From positions 191,832-255,831 of the forward strand of contig JAQUQI010000001.1 in NCBI GenBank assembly GCA_028716165.1: DNA of 64,000 nt, read 5' to 3'. Positions 48,061 to 58,416 of the stretch are shown in pieces. The number at the start of each line of letters is the position of its first letter. Position 1 is the first letter of the stretch. Both the position numbers and the translations under genes were made by a program. Under the pieces are notes generated by a model. It was not told where the DNA came from and did no database searches. It was given only the letters and a program-made list of their open reading frames with translations. Source of the DNA: Candidatus Omnitrophota bacterium (GTDB taxonomy: Bacteria > Omnitrophota > Gorgyraeia > JABMRG01).

Positions 48061-48450
48061 TTACGGCAGATCGGAGGGCAGATATTGAAAGTCCTCGTGG
48101 CCTGTATTCTTTTCGCTGGGCCCGTTAGGCAGTGTGTATCTGTAAAGCCAATCACCGGATGCATTGCATATCTCAAGTTTGGGCCCTGAAACTATCTGAT
48201 ATATCAATTTACTGCCCGCGGGCTGGCTTATCTTAAGATAATCCCAGGCGCCGGCAACCGGAAGCCCTCCTATGCCGTATTTAAGGTCATAATATTTTGC
48301 GCCAGCGCGCACAAGATCCAATATGCCGGAAGTCTCTTTGTATTCAATGGTCTTTTTTAATTTTCCGTAAGCAGGCAGAGAAGCGACGGCAAGCACGGCA
48401 ATTACAAAAACCACTATCAACATTTCTATTAACGTAAACGCCCTTTTCAT
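48061..48450 (-). CDS. Type IV pilin or pseudopilin with a prepilin N-terminal methylation motif.
   Basis: MKRAFTLIEMLIVVFVIAVLA. Confidence 0.6.
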   Translation of the reverse strand: MKRAFTLIEMLIVVFVIAVLAVASLPAYGKLKKTIEYKETSGILDLVRAGAKYYDLKYGIGGLPVAGAWDYLKISQPAGSKLIYQIVSGPKLEICNASGDWLYRYTLPNGPSEKNTGHEDFQYLPSDLP

Positions 48451-48499
48451 GTTTTACCCTCCGGCAAAATTTATTACGCCATATAAAAAATACCCGCGG

Positions 48500-49012
48500 T
48501 TACAGGTCTATGGCCTTACAGCGCGACATGGCTCCTGCCCTGCCGTACCCTATGGCGCCTGTCGCCGTATCCTTTAACCATATATTTGCCTGTAAATAAT
48601 TGCCGCCTATTAGTTCAAAAACAGGCGCCTTAGAAGAGTCTATAAGATCCGTTATCGGGGTATCGGCCGCGGACGGCAAAACACTGCTTCTATACAATAT
48701 GCCTGACGAAGCCCAATACCTCATCTCATAGTCCACTCCTTCCGACTGAAAATTAAAAGTAACCTCATTCGGAATGCTGACATCAATAATATCAGCCCTT
48801 ATCGCGTCTTTTTTAATATACTCAAGCACATTGGCCAGGTCTTCAGTAATAACGGTTTCCTTGCTCTCTGATTTTAGAAAACTCAACATTGACACCGACG
48901 CGGAAATGCCGGCGGCAAAAACCACGGCAATGAGCATGGCAACAAGCAAAAACTCAATTAACGTGATCGCGGTTTCTGAACCCAAAAAACCTTTACCCTT
49001 ACGATAATTCAT
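48500..49012 (-). CDS. Type IV pilin-like or pseudopilin protein.
   Basis: Prepilin-like GSETAITLIEFLLVAMLIAV. Confidence 0.5.
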   Translation of the reverse strand: MNYRKGKGFLGSETAITLIEFLLVAMLIAVVFAAGISASVSMLSFLKSESKETVITEDLANVLEYIKKDAIRADIIDVSIPNEVTFNFQSEGVDYEMRYWASSGILYRSSVLPSAADTPITDLIDSSKAPVFELIGGNYLQANIWLKDTATGAIGYGRAGAMSRCKAIDL

Positions 49013-49412
49013 TCCACTTGACTTCCACCGTTATCGCTTTGAATTCAACACCTGAACCAAGATCAGTATCGCTTATCGTATAACCTGTATTTGTCATCTG
49101 GACTTTGGGCCTTAAGGCCATTGCCCAGGCATTGTAGTCCTCCTGGCACACGGAGTCGGCGGCATTAAGATCCTTAGCTTCCGCGTCAACCATATCATGG
49201 TATCTCCCGATACCGCCATAACCGGTCCTGACCTTGTCAAGCCAGGATTGAGCATTATAATAAGCCTCTAATTCATTCTTTGTAAACATGCGCAGATGGG
49301 CTATAGACATATAAACAGCAAACGCCGAACCTATTACTATGGCCATGACCAAGACAGATACCATTATCTCAACTAATGTAAAAGCCCTGTTTTTATGGTT
49401 TGGGCAAGTCAT
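48999..49412 (-). CDS. Type IV pilin-like protein.
   Basis: NRAFTLVEIMVSVLVMAIV. Confidence 0.6.
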   Translation of the reverse strand: MTCPNHKNRAFTLVEIMVSVLVMAIVIGSAFAVYMSIAHLRMFTKNELEAYYNAQSWLDKVRTGYGGIGRYHDMVDAEAKDLNAADSVCQEDYNAWAMALRPKVQMTNTGYTISDTDLGSGVEFKAITVEVKWNELS

Positions 49413-49762
49413 AGGCTGAAATCGCTTTCGTTTATAGTAGCGGATACCCTTAACTTGTTTGCCGTTGCGTCAAACTGCACATTAACCTCAACAGGGACCC
49501 CGTCAATAACCATAGTTTGCGGCGAGGCCCAGGGGTCCGGAGTCCAGCCGGCATAACCTGTCCGGAACCTGTTAAACGTCTCATACAAAGCTGCCTCCGC
49601 ATAATTGATAGCCTGAAACCTCTTCAGCCGCGTTACGGACAAGGGTATTTTATTAAAAAATATATTAACAACAGATACAAGGCCTATAATTATACAAATA
49701 GTAAAAATCAAAGCCACTATAATCATGCCTTGCCGGGATTTTTTAAGGCTCATATTATGCAT
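49409..49762 (-). CDS. Minor pseudopilin-like hypothetical protein with an N-terminal TM helix.
   Basis: KSRQGMIIVALIFTICIIIGLV, and it sits in the pilin cluster. Confidence 0.35.
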   Translation of the reverse strand: MHNMSLKKSRQGMIIVALIFTICIIIGLVSVVNIFFNKIPLSVTRLKRFQAINYAEAALYETFNRFRTGYAGWTPDPWASPQTMVIDGVPVEVNVQFDATANKLRVSATINESDFSL

Positions 49763-49873
49763 TATGTTTTTTATATTTTATATTATGTGAAAATAAATGT
49801 CAAATGTTATAGGCGCGCGGGCGCAAGAAACCTGTCTTGAGACAGGATAGAGGCGCCTGCCGCGGCCGCAGGG

Positions 49874-50605
49874 TTAAAAACAAGAGTTCCTGCATGGCGG
49901 GTATAAAAAAGCTAATTTTATCATGTGGAAACAAGACATGGCGCACTGCAGTATCCCCATCTTGCTTTTCCCCTTCCGCCTGCGGTTAAATGTGTATAAA
50001 ATTTCTTCTCTGCGCCTGTAACTGCCCTTGACAAGCACTTCAAGCAAAACCTTATAGCCTATGGGTTTTATCGCGCTGGCTTCTATAACCTTTTTACGGA
50101 ATATGAAAAATCCGGACATCGGATCGTTTATGCCGGTTACCGCCCGCGGCAAAAGTATCCCGGCAAACAAACACGCCAACCGCGATATTACTGCGCGCAG
50201 GGGATTTAAGCCGGACATAATTAAGGCGGAAAAGTGCCTTCCGGCAATAACTATGTCAATATCATCCCGGCGCGACATCATATCCAGCATAGCAGTAAGC
50301 GTATGCGGCGGATGCTGAAAATCAGCATCCATTACCCCCAGAATATCTCCGTTGGCAATAGACCAGCCATCGGCCACCGCGCTCGCCAGGCCCTGCCTCC
50401 GCTTCCGGCGCAATATACGTATCCTTGCGTCCGAGAGGGATAACTCCCGCGCCAGGCGCCAGGTTCCGTCAGCGCTGTTATCATCAACGATTATTATCTC
50501 AAATACGGTGTTACGTGCCTCAAGCACCCCGATAATATCACGGCAGATGGCTTTTATGTGCGGGGCCTCATTATATGTAGGCAGGACCAAAGAAAACTTA
50601 CTCAT
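49874..50605 (-). CDS. GT2 glycosyltransferase (polyprenyl-phosphate sugar synthase-like).
   Basis: FSLVLPTYNE...IIIVDDNSADGT and a DAD motif (VMDADFQH). Confidence 0.6.
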   Translation of the reverse strand: MSKFSLVLPTYNEAPHIKAICRDIIGVLEARNTVFEIIIVDDNSADGTWRLARELSLSDARIRILRRKRRQGLASAVADGWSIANGDILGVMDADFQHPPHTLTAMLDMMSRRDDIDIVIAGRHFSALIMSGLNPLRAVISRLACLFAGILLPRAVTGINDPMSGFFIFRKKVIEASAIKPIGYKVLLEVLVKGSYRRREEILYTFNRRRKGKSKMGILQCAMSCFHMIKLAFLYPPCRNSCF

Positions 50606-50620
50606 TCTAACGCTTTCTAA

Positions 50621-51919
50621 TCAAATGCCTGCCTCGGGCCCGGGCTTCAAGCATTCACCGCGGTCGGATTTCTGCCTGCCGTTTTCATTTGAAACTATAA
50701 AAGCGCATAACAACCAAAAGATAACCGCTGTCTGCGGCACAAAAAAACTGAAATCCAGCATATTATGGATCAAAAATACAAATACCGCGCCCAGGCATGC
50801 CGATTTAAAGGCATAGTCCTCAAAAACAGGCCGGGCTTTTTTCAATCCCCTGATAGCGGCCAGGACAACAGATGCGGCAAACCAGATAAATACCGCCATA
50901 CCCATAATACCTGTTTCTATCCATAACTGCAGGAAAAGATTATGGGCCATTGTGCTCTCAAACTGCGCATAAGGCGCGTAAAGCCTGTAAAGAAATCCAA
51001 AACCTTCCAGGCCCACGAACTGAAAGGGCTGATCAGTTATGATCCTCATTGCCGTTTTCCAGAATTCCAGCCGGCCCGCCAACGACAGGAGCATCTTATC
51101 GGTCCCCGTGTCGTAAATAATCCTGCTCGTAGTCAAGCAGGCCATGGCCGCAAACACAACAGCGCAAAAAACCGCCAGTGTTATTCTAAACCGTTTTTCG
51201 CGCGGAGCGCCTTTGGCTGACATTAACAGGTTCAGCAAAAATACGCCTATCGCAAAACTTACCAGGCCCGCGGCAGACCTTGTAAGCCATAATGAATAAC
51301 AATTCATCAAAAGCGCTAACAAACAGGCGCCTCTGAAGGCCTTGCTTTTTACGACGAAACAAAAAAATAAGGCGATGAGGTTTACCATGGATAAATACGA
51401 CGCCAAAAGATTCGGCGTGACGAACGTGGAAATCGTCCTTTGCCTTAAAGCTATATCGGTTATATAAAGCGCCTCTTTTTCCGACAATCCGAGGGCGCGC
51501 TCCTGTATGAGCGGCGCTATCTTTTCAAAAAACACAAAATATTGAAAAATGGCGCGTGCTGATATTAAAATAGAGCCGATAACAAGCATAAACGCCAACT
51601 GCTTTTTCATTTTATCCTCAATGCCCGCGACTGTGATAAAAACAAAGGCGTAAAATAACATATTGCACATACCGGTAAAAGCGCCGGGCCTGTAAAGCGC
51701 GTAAAAAGACGTAAAGAACACCACAAAAAGCCATAAAGATAAAGGCAGTATCAAAGCCTTGTTATTCAGCCAGGACCTATTTACTGCCGCTATGCCGAAC
51801 AGGCCCGCGGCAAAAAGCGCGTATAAAGTATAGGTTTGAGTTTTGAACGCGTCCGAGGAAAAAAAAGGCAGCAGGAATGCGACTGCCATTACAATTATCC
51901 ATAATATTTTTTTAGGCAT
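50621..51919 (-). CDS. O-antigen ligase / Wzy_C-family polytopic membrane protein. Possibly a PglL/PilO-like O-oligosaccharyltransferase.
   Basis: More than 10 predicted TM helices, 432 aa, located between the pilin genes and the glycan genes. Confidence 0.45.
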   Translation of the reverse strand: MPKKILWIIVMAVAFLLPFFSSDAFKTQTYTLYALFAAGLFGIAAVNRSWLNNKALILPLSLWLFVVFFTSFYALYRPGAFTGMCNMLFYAFVFITVAGIEDKMKKQLAFMLVIGSILISARAIFQYFVFFEKIAPLIQERALGLSEKEALYITDIALRQRTISTFVTPNLLASYLSMVNLIALFFCFVVKSKAFRGACLLALLMNCYSLWLTRSAAGLVSFAIGVFLLNLLMSAKGAPREKRFRITLAVFCAVVFAAMACLTTSRIIYDTGTDKMLLSLAGRLEFWKTAMRIITDQPFQFVGLEGFGFLYRLYAPYAQFESTMAHNLFLQLWIETGIMGMAVFIWFAASVVLAAIRGLKKARPVFEDYAFKSACLGAVFVFLIHNMLDFSFFVPQTAVIFWLLCAFIVSNENGRQKSDRGECLKPGPEAGI

Positions 51920-51984
51920 ATTACTCCCGTCTCATGTCCGCATCCGGACAGTTTGGAATACCAATTTAATAAACACCCGCGATA

Positions 51985-52986
51985 TCAAGCATGGGCACGA
52001 GTTACTTTAACACATATAAACGTAAAAACAAAAATCGCGAGCACGAAACAAGATAAGACCCACGGCTTGATGCCGGGGGGCAGGCACTGGAGCAGGATCG
52101 CGCTCAAACCCGATGCCAGGCACAGAGAATACATAATAGCCAGCACCTTAAATTGGCTGTAGCCTTTACACATGAGCAGTAAAACCAGATGGTCAGCGCT
52201 TTTTTTAAATACCGGAATATGTTTTATCTTCCGTACGCATACCGTAAATACCAGGTCAAAAATGGGAAGCGACATTATAAGTAAAGGTACCAACAGCGCC
52301 AGCCTCTGGCTGATGTCAACGGCATAATGAATCTTCAAGGCGCAGCAAGCAAAGATATAGCCCAACAGCATACTGCCTGAATCTCCGAGATAAAATCTTG
52401 CCGGAGGCCTGTTATAAGCCAATGCCGCCAGTGTTGCCCCTGCCAAAGCGCAAAAGAAAACACACAGGATTAGCGCGCCGGAAAAAGAGCTTAAAAAAAG
52501 AAAAGTCGCGCATATGATAAAGCTTATGCCCGGACAGAGCCCGTCCATTATGTCAAGAAAATTAAAGGCATTGATAAGGGCCACAATCCAAAAAAGACTT
52601 AAGACCACGTTCATCCATTCCGGAATAAACACTATTGACGTCCTGATGCCAAAAAATACCGCTATGCACGCGGCCGCTATTTGGCCTGTCAACTTACCGG
52701 CAACAGAAAGATTTCTAATATCGTCTATTAATCCGACAAAAAACAGGGCGCTTGCTCCCCATACCATATCCATCAAAAATGAGGCGTCTTTTTGCCGGCT
52801 GTTTAAAAGCACGAGGGCCGCGGTTAAAACAACCGCGTAAACCGAAATACCCAGCAGCATGGGCTTTTCCTTGTTGGTTGAAAGCCTGCTCATTGATAAA
52901 GGCTTTTCAAGGACTATTGGCAAAATAAGGCATATCAAAAAAGAGCAAATAAAAAATATCATGTCACACCCCTCCTGCCCGCCCAT
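51985..52986 (-). CDS. Polyprenyl-phosphate N-acetylhexosamine-1-phosphate transferase (WecA/MraY family initiating GT).
   Basis: DDIRNLSVAGKL and NAFNFLDIMDGL motifs. Polytopic membrane protein. Confidence 0.65.
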   Translation of the reverse strand: MGGQEGCDMIFFICSFLICLILPIVLEKPLSMSRLSTNKEKPMLLGISVYAVVLTAALVLLNSRQKDASFLMDMVWGASALFFVGLIDDIRNLSVAGKLTGQIAAACIAVFFGIRTSIVFIPEWMNVVLSLFWIVALINAFNFLDIMDGLCPGISFIICATFLFLSSFSGALILCVFFCALAGATLAALAYNRPPARFYLGDSGSMLLGYIFACCALKIHYAVDISQRLALLVPLLIMSLPIFDLVFTVCVRKIKHIPVFKKSADHLVLLLMCKGYSQFKVLAIMYSLCLASGLSAILLQCLPPGIKPWVLSCFVLAIFVFTFICVKVTRAHA

Positions 52987-54091
52987 AGAGGCTCTGTATA
53001 CGGTTTACCATATATGACAAATGGTTTTGCGGTTTAAAACTGTCCGCGGCATTTTTTGAAAACGCGCGCAATTTTTTGCTGTCAGAAGCGAGAATCAATA
53101 TATCGCGCGCCAGGCCAAGGCAATCTCCTTTTTCCTCTAAAAATCCGTTGACACCGTTTGAGATAATCTCCGGTATGCCGCCCGCCTTGGTCGCTATCAC
53201 CGGTTTACCTGCCGCAAACGCCTCCAGTATGACTACAGGCAGGCCCTCCCAGCGTGATGTCAGCAAAAGCATATCCACACGGGAAAGGATATCGGCAATA
53301 TCTTCCTGCCAGCCTAAAAACTTTATATAACCGTCTACTCCAAGCCTTGAAGCCTGCTCCGATGCTAAAGGGCGCAGAAGTCCGTCACCGGCCGATATAA
53401 ACTCAACAGCCTTGTTTTTATCCGTAACCAATTTTACCACTTTTATAAAATCCATAGGCGCTTTCTGCGGCTTAAAACAGGCTATAAAGCCCACCCTTAC
53501 GGTATCATCTCTTTTACCGGGATTTATTCCACCGGCAAAACCATCCCTATCAATGCCATAGGATATTTTAGCATATTTTTCGCCTCTACTGTTAACATAT
53601 TTGAGCCCTGCCATCATATCTTTATCAGAAACAACTATTAATTTTGTGGTTATTAATGATGTAATTTTTTCAAACATCCTGTAAGCAAACCTGGTAAACG
53701 CGCCCGACTCAATGTAAAAAGGCCAGCCGTGAACGGTATGAAAAACATATTTTACCCCTGAAAGGCGCGCGGCCCATCGTCCAATTATACCGGCCTTTGA
53801 ACTATGCGTATGGACAACAGATATTTTGTAACGCCGCAGATAATACGCTATTTTAAAAAAAGACCGCGCGTCTTTTACTAGATTAATGTCACGGACAAGG
53901 CTGTCAATAACGATGACCTTTAACCCCTGTATAAGCCCTGCCTTCTTAGCAAGATATCCTCCATCCGAAGTAAAAAGAAAAACGTCATACAGCGCCCTGT
54001 CAAGACAAGCAAGCAGGGAAAGCGTGGTCTTTTGCGCGCCGCCAAGCTCAAGGCCGGTTATAATATGAGCGAGCCTTATCTTGGGCATCAA
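52964..54091 (-). CDS. GT4-family glycosyltransferase.
   Basis: EGLPVVILEAFAAGKPVIATKAGG (E-x7-E region). Confidence 0.6.
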   Translation of the reverse strand: MMPKIRLAHIITGLELGGAQKTTLSLLACLDRALYDVFLFTSDGGYLAKKAGLIQGLKVIVIDSLVRDINLVKDARSFFKIAYYLRRYKISVVHTHSSKAGIIGRWAARLSGVKYVFHTVHGWPFYIESGAFTRFAYRMFEKITSLITTKLIVVSDKDMMAGLKYVNSRGEKYAKISYGIDRDGFAGGINPGKRDDTVRVGFIACFKPQKAPMDFIKVVKLVTDKNKAVEFISAGDGLLRPLASEQASRLGVDGYIKFLGWQEDIADILSRVDMLLLTSRWEGLPVVILEAFAAGKPVIATKAGGIPEIISNGVNGFLEEKGDCLGLARDILILASDSKKLRAFSKNAADSFKPQNHLSYMVNRIQSLYGRAGGV

Positions 54092-55413
54092 AAACCCAGC
54101 CTGTTATTATTTATATTATCGGCCGTCATTTTTGCCTCCAGCATGCATTCCTCCATTGACATGTATTTCCAGCCTCCGTACCTGCCGATAGAATAGATTC
54201 CGCGCGCGCGCAGAAAATCATCAATACTTTTCACGAGCCCGTTTCGGCCGCGGATAGGATAAGCATATTTTATCCGGCATAATTTTTCGGATAGGACCCG
54301 GTCGCGGCCGGACAATATGCCGGCCTTTCTAAGGTCATGTATCACGCGTTCCCTGACCTGGGTGTCATCCATTTTCAAAGGCCTGTCATCCGTATACGAA
54401 ACCTCCGCGTATAATGAACTAGCGCCGTTAGGACAAAGATTGTCAGAAAAATTAGAAAAAAACCCAACCCTATAAAACACGTATTTTCTCTCCGGGAAAT
54501 AAATCCAGTGTTTATCAGAAATACTATTTCTGTCTATACCGAGATTCAGGTTCAGGACTGAAACAAACTTTAACCTGCCGGCAGCGTGTTTTAAGGCAGG
54601 AGGAGCGGCATCTATTAATCCTATAAGCTCTGGCAGAGGCATAGTTGAAATAAGCGTATCAAAATAGGCCGTTTCTCCCGCGGCAAACCTTACTTTCCTT
54701 TGAGAAATATCTATCGCCTTGACTTCCTTGTTAAAAAAAACCTTTTCTTTAATCCCGGCACAAAAAGCATCCGATAAAACCTGTATACCGCCATGCGACG
54801 GGTAAAAAAATATCCTGTTATAGCCAAAACCCCTTTTAAAATCAGACACAGCCCCGCGTATGGCATAGTCAAGCCTGGGCTTGGGTATAAATTTATCAAC
54901 CCAGTCTATGCCGACACCGCTTAAGGGGGTCTTCCACAGTTTCCGGTTATACGGAAACATAAAATGCTTGGCAACCCCGCTGCCAAGACTCTCCAATATC
55001 CAATCCCGTAAATTGTCCGCGGGCTTTTTATTGCGGGCATCGGATACCTGCGCGTGGGCCATCTCAAGCAGGCAGTCCTTAATCACGGCCGGAGGCAGTT
55101 TATACGTATTAACCTGAAAAGGATATCTTGTATATATGCCCTTGGACAATATCCAGGACCTCCTGCGCTTTTTATCCAGGCGGACCGGGCTTATCAATTT
55201 TTCAACAAGATTTTTTACCCAGGAGGTTTTAAAATGCAGAAGATGGCCTGCTTTATCAAAAATAAAACCATCCACCTTTTCCGAAGATGCTGTTCCGCCG
55301 GCAAACCGGTTTTTTTCAAACAAAGCATAATCGCCCTTGAGATGATAGGCCGCACTCAAGCCCGTAATCCCGGCCCCGATTATTAATATTTTATTATTAC
55401 GCCTGTTCATCAT
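54088..55413 (-). CDS. FAD-dependent oxidoreductase, amine-oxidase/UDP-galactopyranose-mutase-like.
   Basis: KILIIGAGITGLSAAYHL dinucleotide motif and an FMFPYNRKLW motif. Confidence 0.45.
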   Translation of the reverse strand: MMNRRNNKILIIGAGITGLSAAYHLKGDYALFEKNRFAGGTASSEKVDGFIFDKAGHLLHFKTSWVKNLVEKLISPVRLDKKRRRSWILSKGIYTRYPFQVNTYKLPPAVIKDCLLEMAHAQVSDARNKKPADNLRDWILESLGSGVAKHFMFPYNRKLWKTPLSGVGIDWVDKFIPKPRLDYAIRGAVSDFKRGFGYNRIFFYPSHGGIQVLSDAFCAGIKEKVFFNKEVKAIDISQRKVRFAAGETAYFDTLISTMPLPELIGLIDAAPPALKHAAGRLKFVSVLNLNLGIDRNSISDKHWIYFPERKYVFYRVGFFSNFSDNLCPNGASSLYAEVSYTDDRPLKMDDTQVRERVIHDLRKAGILSGRDRVLSEKLCRIKYAYPIRGRNGLVKSIDDFLRARGIYSIGRYGGWKYMSMEECMLEAKMTADNINNNRLGF

Positions 55414-55486
55414 AATACGTAAATTCCATATTTTAAAATACCGCGCGCCGCGTTACGGCATATCATCATAATACGCCAAAGCGGGC

Positions 55487-56440
55487 CTAATACCGGCTCG
55501 GAAAACAATATTTTCTCTTAGCCAGGGCCCTGCGTATCCAATAATGGCCTTTTAAGGCGCGTATAACTTGCCTCCGGCAAAAAAAGGCATAAGCCAATTC
55601 CAAAAGCCCGAATAACAGGGCTGGTACGATGTGTAATATTAATCCGGCCGCGGATTCATTTTTCAACATAACTATATAACGGTTTTTTATTAACCACGCG
55701 TGCATTTTATTGTCAAGATACCTGCGCGCGAAAGGCTTATTTAACCCCGCATCGGGCCGGAATGAGCCGCCGCGGATATGATAGGCTGCTGCCGAAGGGA
55801 CATAATAACCTCTCCAGCCGTAATTTCTTCCGCGCCAAGCGGCATCAAGGTCTTCATAAAACATAATGAGGTCCTCGTCAAAATACTGGCAGTCATATTT
55901 TATATCCTCAAGCATCTTTTTCCGGTAAAAAGCGGCCGCGCCGCCGGGGCCGAATATAAAGGCTTCTTTTTCAAAAGACTTGCCGGCGGCTTTTCCATAA
56001 CCTTTTTCTTTGGCCCTGCGAAATATGTCAGGCCTAATGCCGACACTGTCTATTGTTTCGGCATCATCTCTAAAAACTTTTCCGCTTACCATGCCTATAT
56101 TTTTACCGGCAAAAAATCCTCTGCTGGCTTCGCTTATAAAATTCGCGTCTAACACAACATCATCATTAAGACAGAGTATGTATTCGCCCCTGCTTATAAA
56201 TACGCCTTTGTTTAAAGACGCGGCGTAAAAAAGGTTCACGGGGCTTTCGTATACCGCGACTTTCGGAAAATCGCATTTTAGCTTACGCGAAAAACCGCTA
56301 TCAAGAGAATTATCTATAACAATCACCTCCGCGGGAGGCAGTGTTTGCGCGTCCAAAGACCTAAGGCATCTTGAAATATAATCCCCGGCGCCTTTTGTAA
56401 CAACAATAACACTTATAAAAGCGCCGTCAGGCCTATTCAT
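55487..56440 (-). CDS. GT2 glycosyltransferase.
   Basis: ISVIVVTKGAGDYISRCLRSL...VIVIDNS and LNDDV. Confidence 0.55.
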   Translation of the reverse strand: MNRPDGAFISVIVVTKGAGDYISRCLRSLDAQTLPPAEVIVIDNSLDSGFSRKLKCDFPKVAVYESPVNLFYAASLNKGVFISRGEYILCLNDDVVLDANFISEASRGFFAGKNIGMVSGKVFRDDAETIDSVGIRPDIFRRAKEKGYGKAAGKSFEKEAFIFGPGGAAAFYRKKMLEDIKYDCQYFDEDLIMFYEDLDAAWRGRNYGWRGYYVPSAAAYHIRGGSFRPDAGLNKPFARRYLDNKMHAWLIKNRYIVMLKNESAAGLILHIVPALLFGLLELAYAFFCRRQVIRALKGHYWIRRALAKRKYCFPSRY

Positions 56441-57315
56441 GGCACGGGCCTCAAAATATCCTCCGGAAGACTGCCTGCTCTGGCATACCGGTTGAATATG
56501 AACAAATACATAAAACGAAATGATTCGTAAAATACCTGCAGTATTTTATACGCGGAATGGGCTGGCGGGCAAACATTTTTTTTAATCATCAATTTACGGT
56601 TGCGGTATGATAAATATTGGCGCACCCTTTTATCCGTGTGAAAACTGCCGCCCTTATGAAAGCAAACCGCGCAAGGGCAATAAAGCGATGACCAGCCGGC
56701 ATTTCGGCATCTTAACGCCAAGTCTATGTCCTCTACCAAAAAGAAGAACCTTTTGTCAAAATACCCTGTCTCCTGCTTCACCTCTTCAAGCATATCGCGC
56801 TTATAGAAAGCGGCGGCCGAGCAGGGGCCTGTCACCTTACAGAGATGTTTACCGTTTCTATCCGCCGGCATTCCTTTATCATAATCATAGAATCTCTTTA
56901 TCGCGGTCAGGTAAATACCGTGGCTATATACTCTTCCGCCGTCTTCTGTTAGTATGTTGGGCTGGACCATGCCGGTATCCGGGGTAAGTTTAGGCCTCAA
57001 TTCTTTAAAAGCCTCTATGAAACCATTGCCCAAAATAATGTCACTGTCCAGTGTTAGCACCCATTCGCCTTCCGAACGCGCTATGGCCTGGTTCCTTGCC
57101 TGGGCAGCGCCGAGGTTTTGCCTGTTTTCAATAAACCTGACACTGCCATACGCGCTCTTCAATGCCTCAACAGATCTGTCGCTGGATCCATTATCTACGA
57201 TAATCACCTCTACGCCGGGGCCTGCCTGGCCTGATATCGAGTCCAGGCAATTTTTCAACAATGCGCCGCTGTTACAGGAAACAATAATTACGGAAATATC
57301 CATTCTATATGTCAT
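56437..57315 (-). CDS. GT2 glycosyltransferase.
   Basis: ISVIIVSCNSGALLKNCL...VIIVDNGSSD and LDSD. Confidence 0.55.
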   Translation of the reverse strand: MTYRMDISVIIVSCNSGALLKNCLDSISGQAGPGVEVIIVDNGSSDRSVEALKSAYGSVRFIENRQNLGAAQARNQAIARSEGEWVLTLDSDIILGNGFIEAFKELRPKLTPDTGMVQPNILTEDGGRVYSHGIYLTAIKRFYDYDKGMPADRNGKHLCKVTGPCSAAAFYKRDMLEEVKQETGYFDKRFFFLVEDIDLALRCRNAGWSSLYCPCAVCFHKGGSFHTDKRVRQYLSYRNRKLMIKKNVCPPAHSAYKILQVFYESFRFMYLFIFNRYARAGSLPEDILRPVP

Positions 57316-58399
57316 TTATTATTTTTGCCAATTTGCCGCCCATAACTTCTAAACTGTAATCAAGCAATACCGCCTGCCTGGCCCGGCAGCCCAATTCCCG
57401 CCTTAACACATTGTCACGGCACAATAAGCGCATATAATGGGCAAACTCATCTTTACCCGAAGCCAAAAATCCCGTTTTGCCGTCGGACAATATACGGCAG
57501 GCCTCGCCCGTGGCGCTGGCTATAACGGGTTTGCCCATTGCCATGTACTCAAATAATTTTGTCGGGCTTTTTGCGGCGTTAAAACGGCTGTTCTGGATAA
57601 GAGGCAACAGGCAGATATCAACCTGGGACAGCGCGGCAGGCATATCATCGGGCTGGACCCAGCCGCAAAATTCAATCCTGTCAGCGCAGTTTAAATAAAG
57701 GGCGTCCTTTCTGATCTGTTCATAATAACTACCACAGCCGGCTATTTTAAGATAAATATCCGCGCGTTCTTTTTTAAGCTCTGAAAAACAAGAAAGCATA
57801 AACCTGATATTATCAAACATGTCCTTGTGGAAAACGGTCCCTGCCCAAAAAAACACTATCCTGCCTTTCTCGTTACTCCCGACAGGGGTAAACAAACGGG
57901 TATCAACGCCTGTCGGCAAATAATAGATACGCCTGCTGAAAGGCCGCAAATATTTCTTAAGGTAAAAACTCGCGGCAATGCAGGCATCGGCATATCCGGC
58001 CATCCTTCTGGTAAAATATTCCATTTTGGAAGAAGGGAATATCCAATAATACCTCGGATTTTCCCTGATATTCCAGTCATCACAATCAAATATAATCTTA
58101 TTCCTGTTCATGACAGAGGCCATGATCGGCGCCAAAACATGGTAATTCAGCCTTTGAATAAAAAAAATATTTCGCCCTCCTTCGCGCGCCAGACGACGGA
58201 ATGCCCGGATATTATATCCTATTTTTTCGGACAAAGACATGCCGTATTCTTGCTCTCCATCACGAGCGCCAAGGTCATCCGCAAAAGAAAATACCTTCGT
58301 CTCAAAGCCTGCCAGGCGTAACTGCCTTGCCAGATTATAGCATCTTATCCTTGCCCCGGCCTGCCGATAACCTTCTCTTGTAACAAATATTACTCTCAT
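57305..58399 (-). CDS. GT4/GT1-type glycosyltransferase.
   Basis: C-terminal EYMAMGKPVIASATG E-x7-E-like motif. Confidence 0.5.
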   Translation of the reverse strand: MRVIFVTREGYRQAGARIRCYNLARQLRLAGFETKVFSFADDLGARDGEQEYGMSLSEKIGYNIRAFRRLAREGGRNIFFIQRLNYHVLAPIMASVMNRNKIIFDCDDWNIRENPRYYWIFPSSKMEYFTRRMAGYADACIAASFYLKKYLRPFSRRIYYLPTGVDTRLFTPVGSNEKGRIVFFWAGTVFHKDMFDNIRFMLSCFSELKKERADIYLKIAGCGSYYEQIRKDALYLNCADRIEFCGWVQPDDMPAALSQVDICLLPLIQNSRFNAAKSPTKLFEYMAMGKPVIASATGEACRILSDGKTGFLASGKDEFAHYMRLLCRDNVLRRELGCRARQAVLLDYSLEVMGGKLAKIINDI

Positions 58400-58416
58400 A
58401 AAAAATTCCGGCTATA

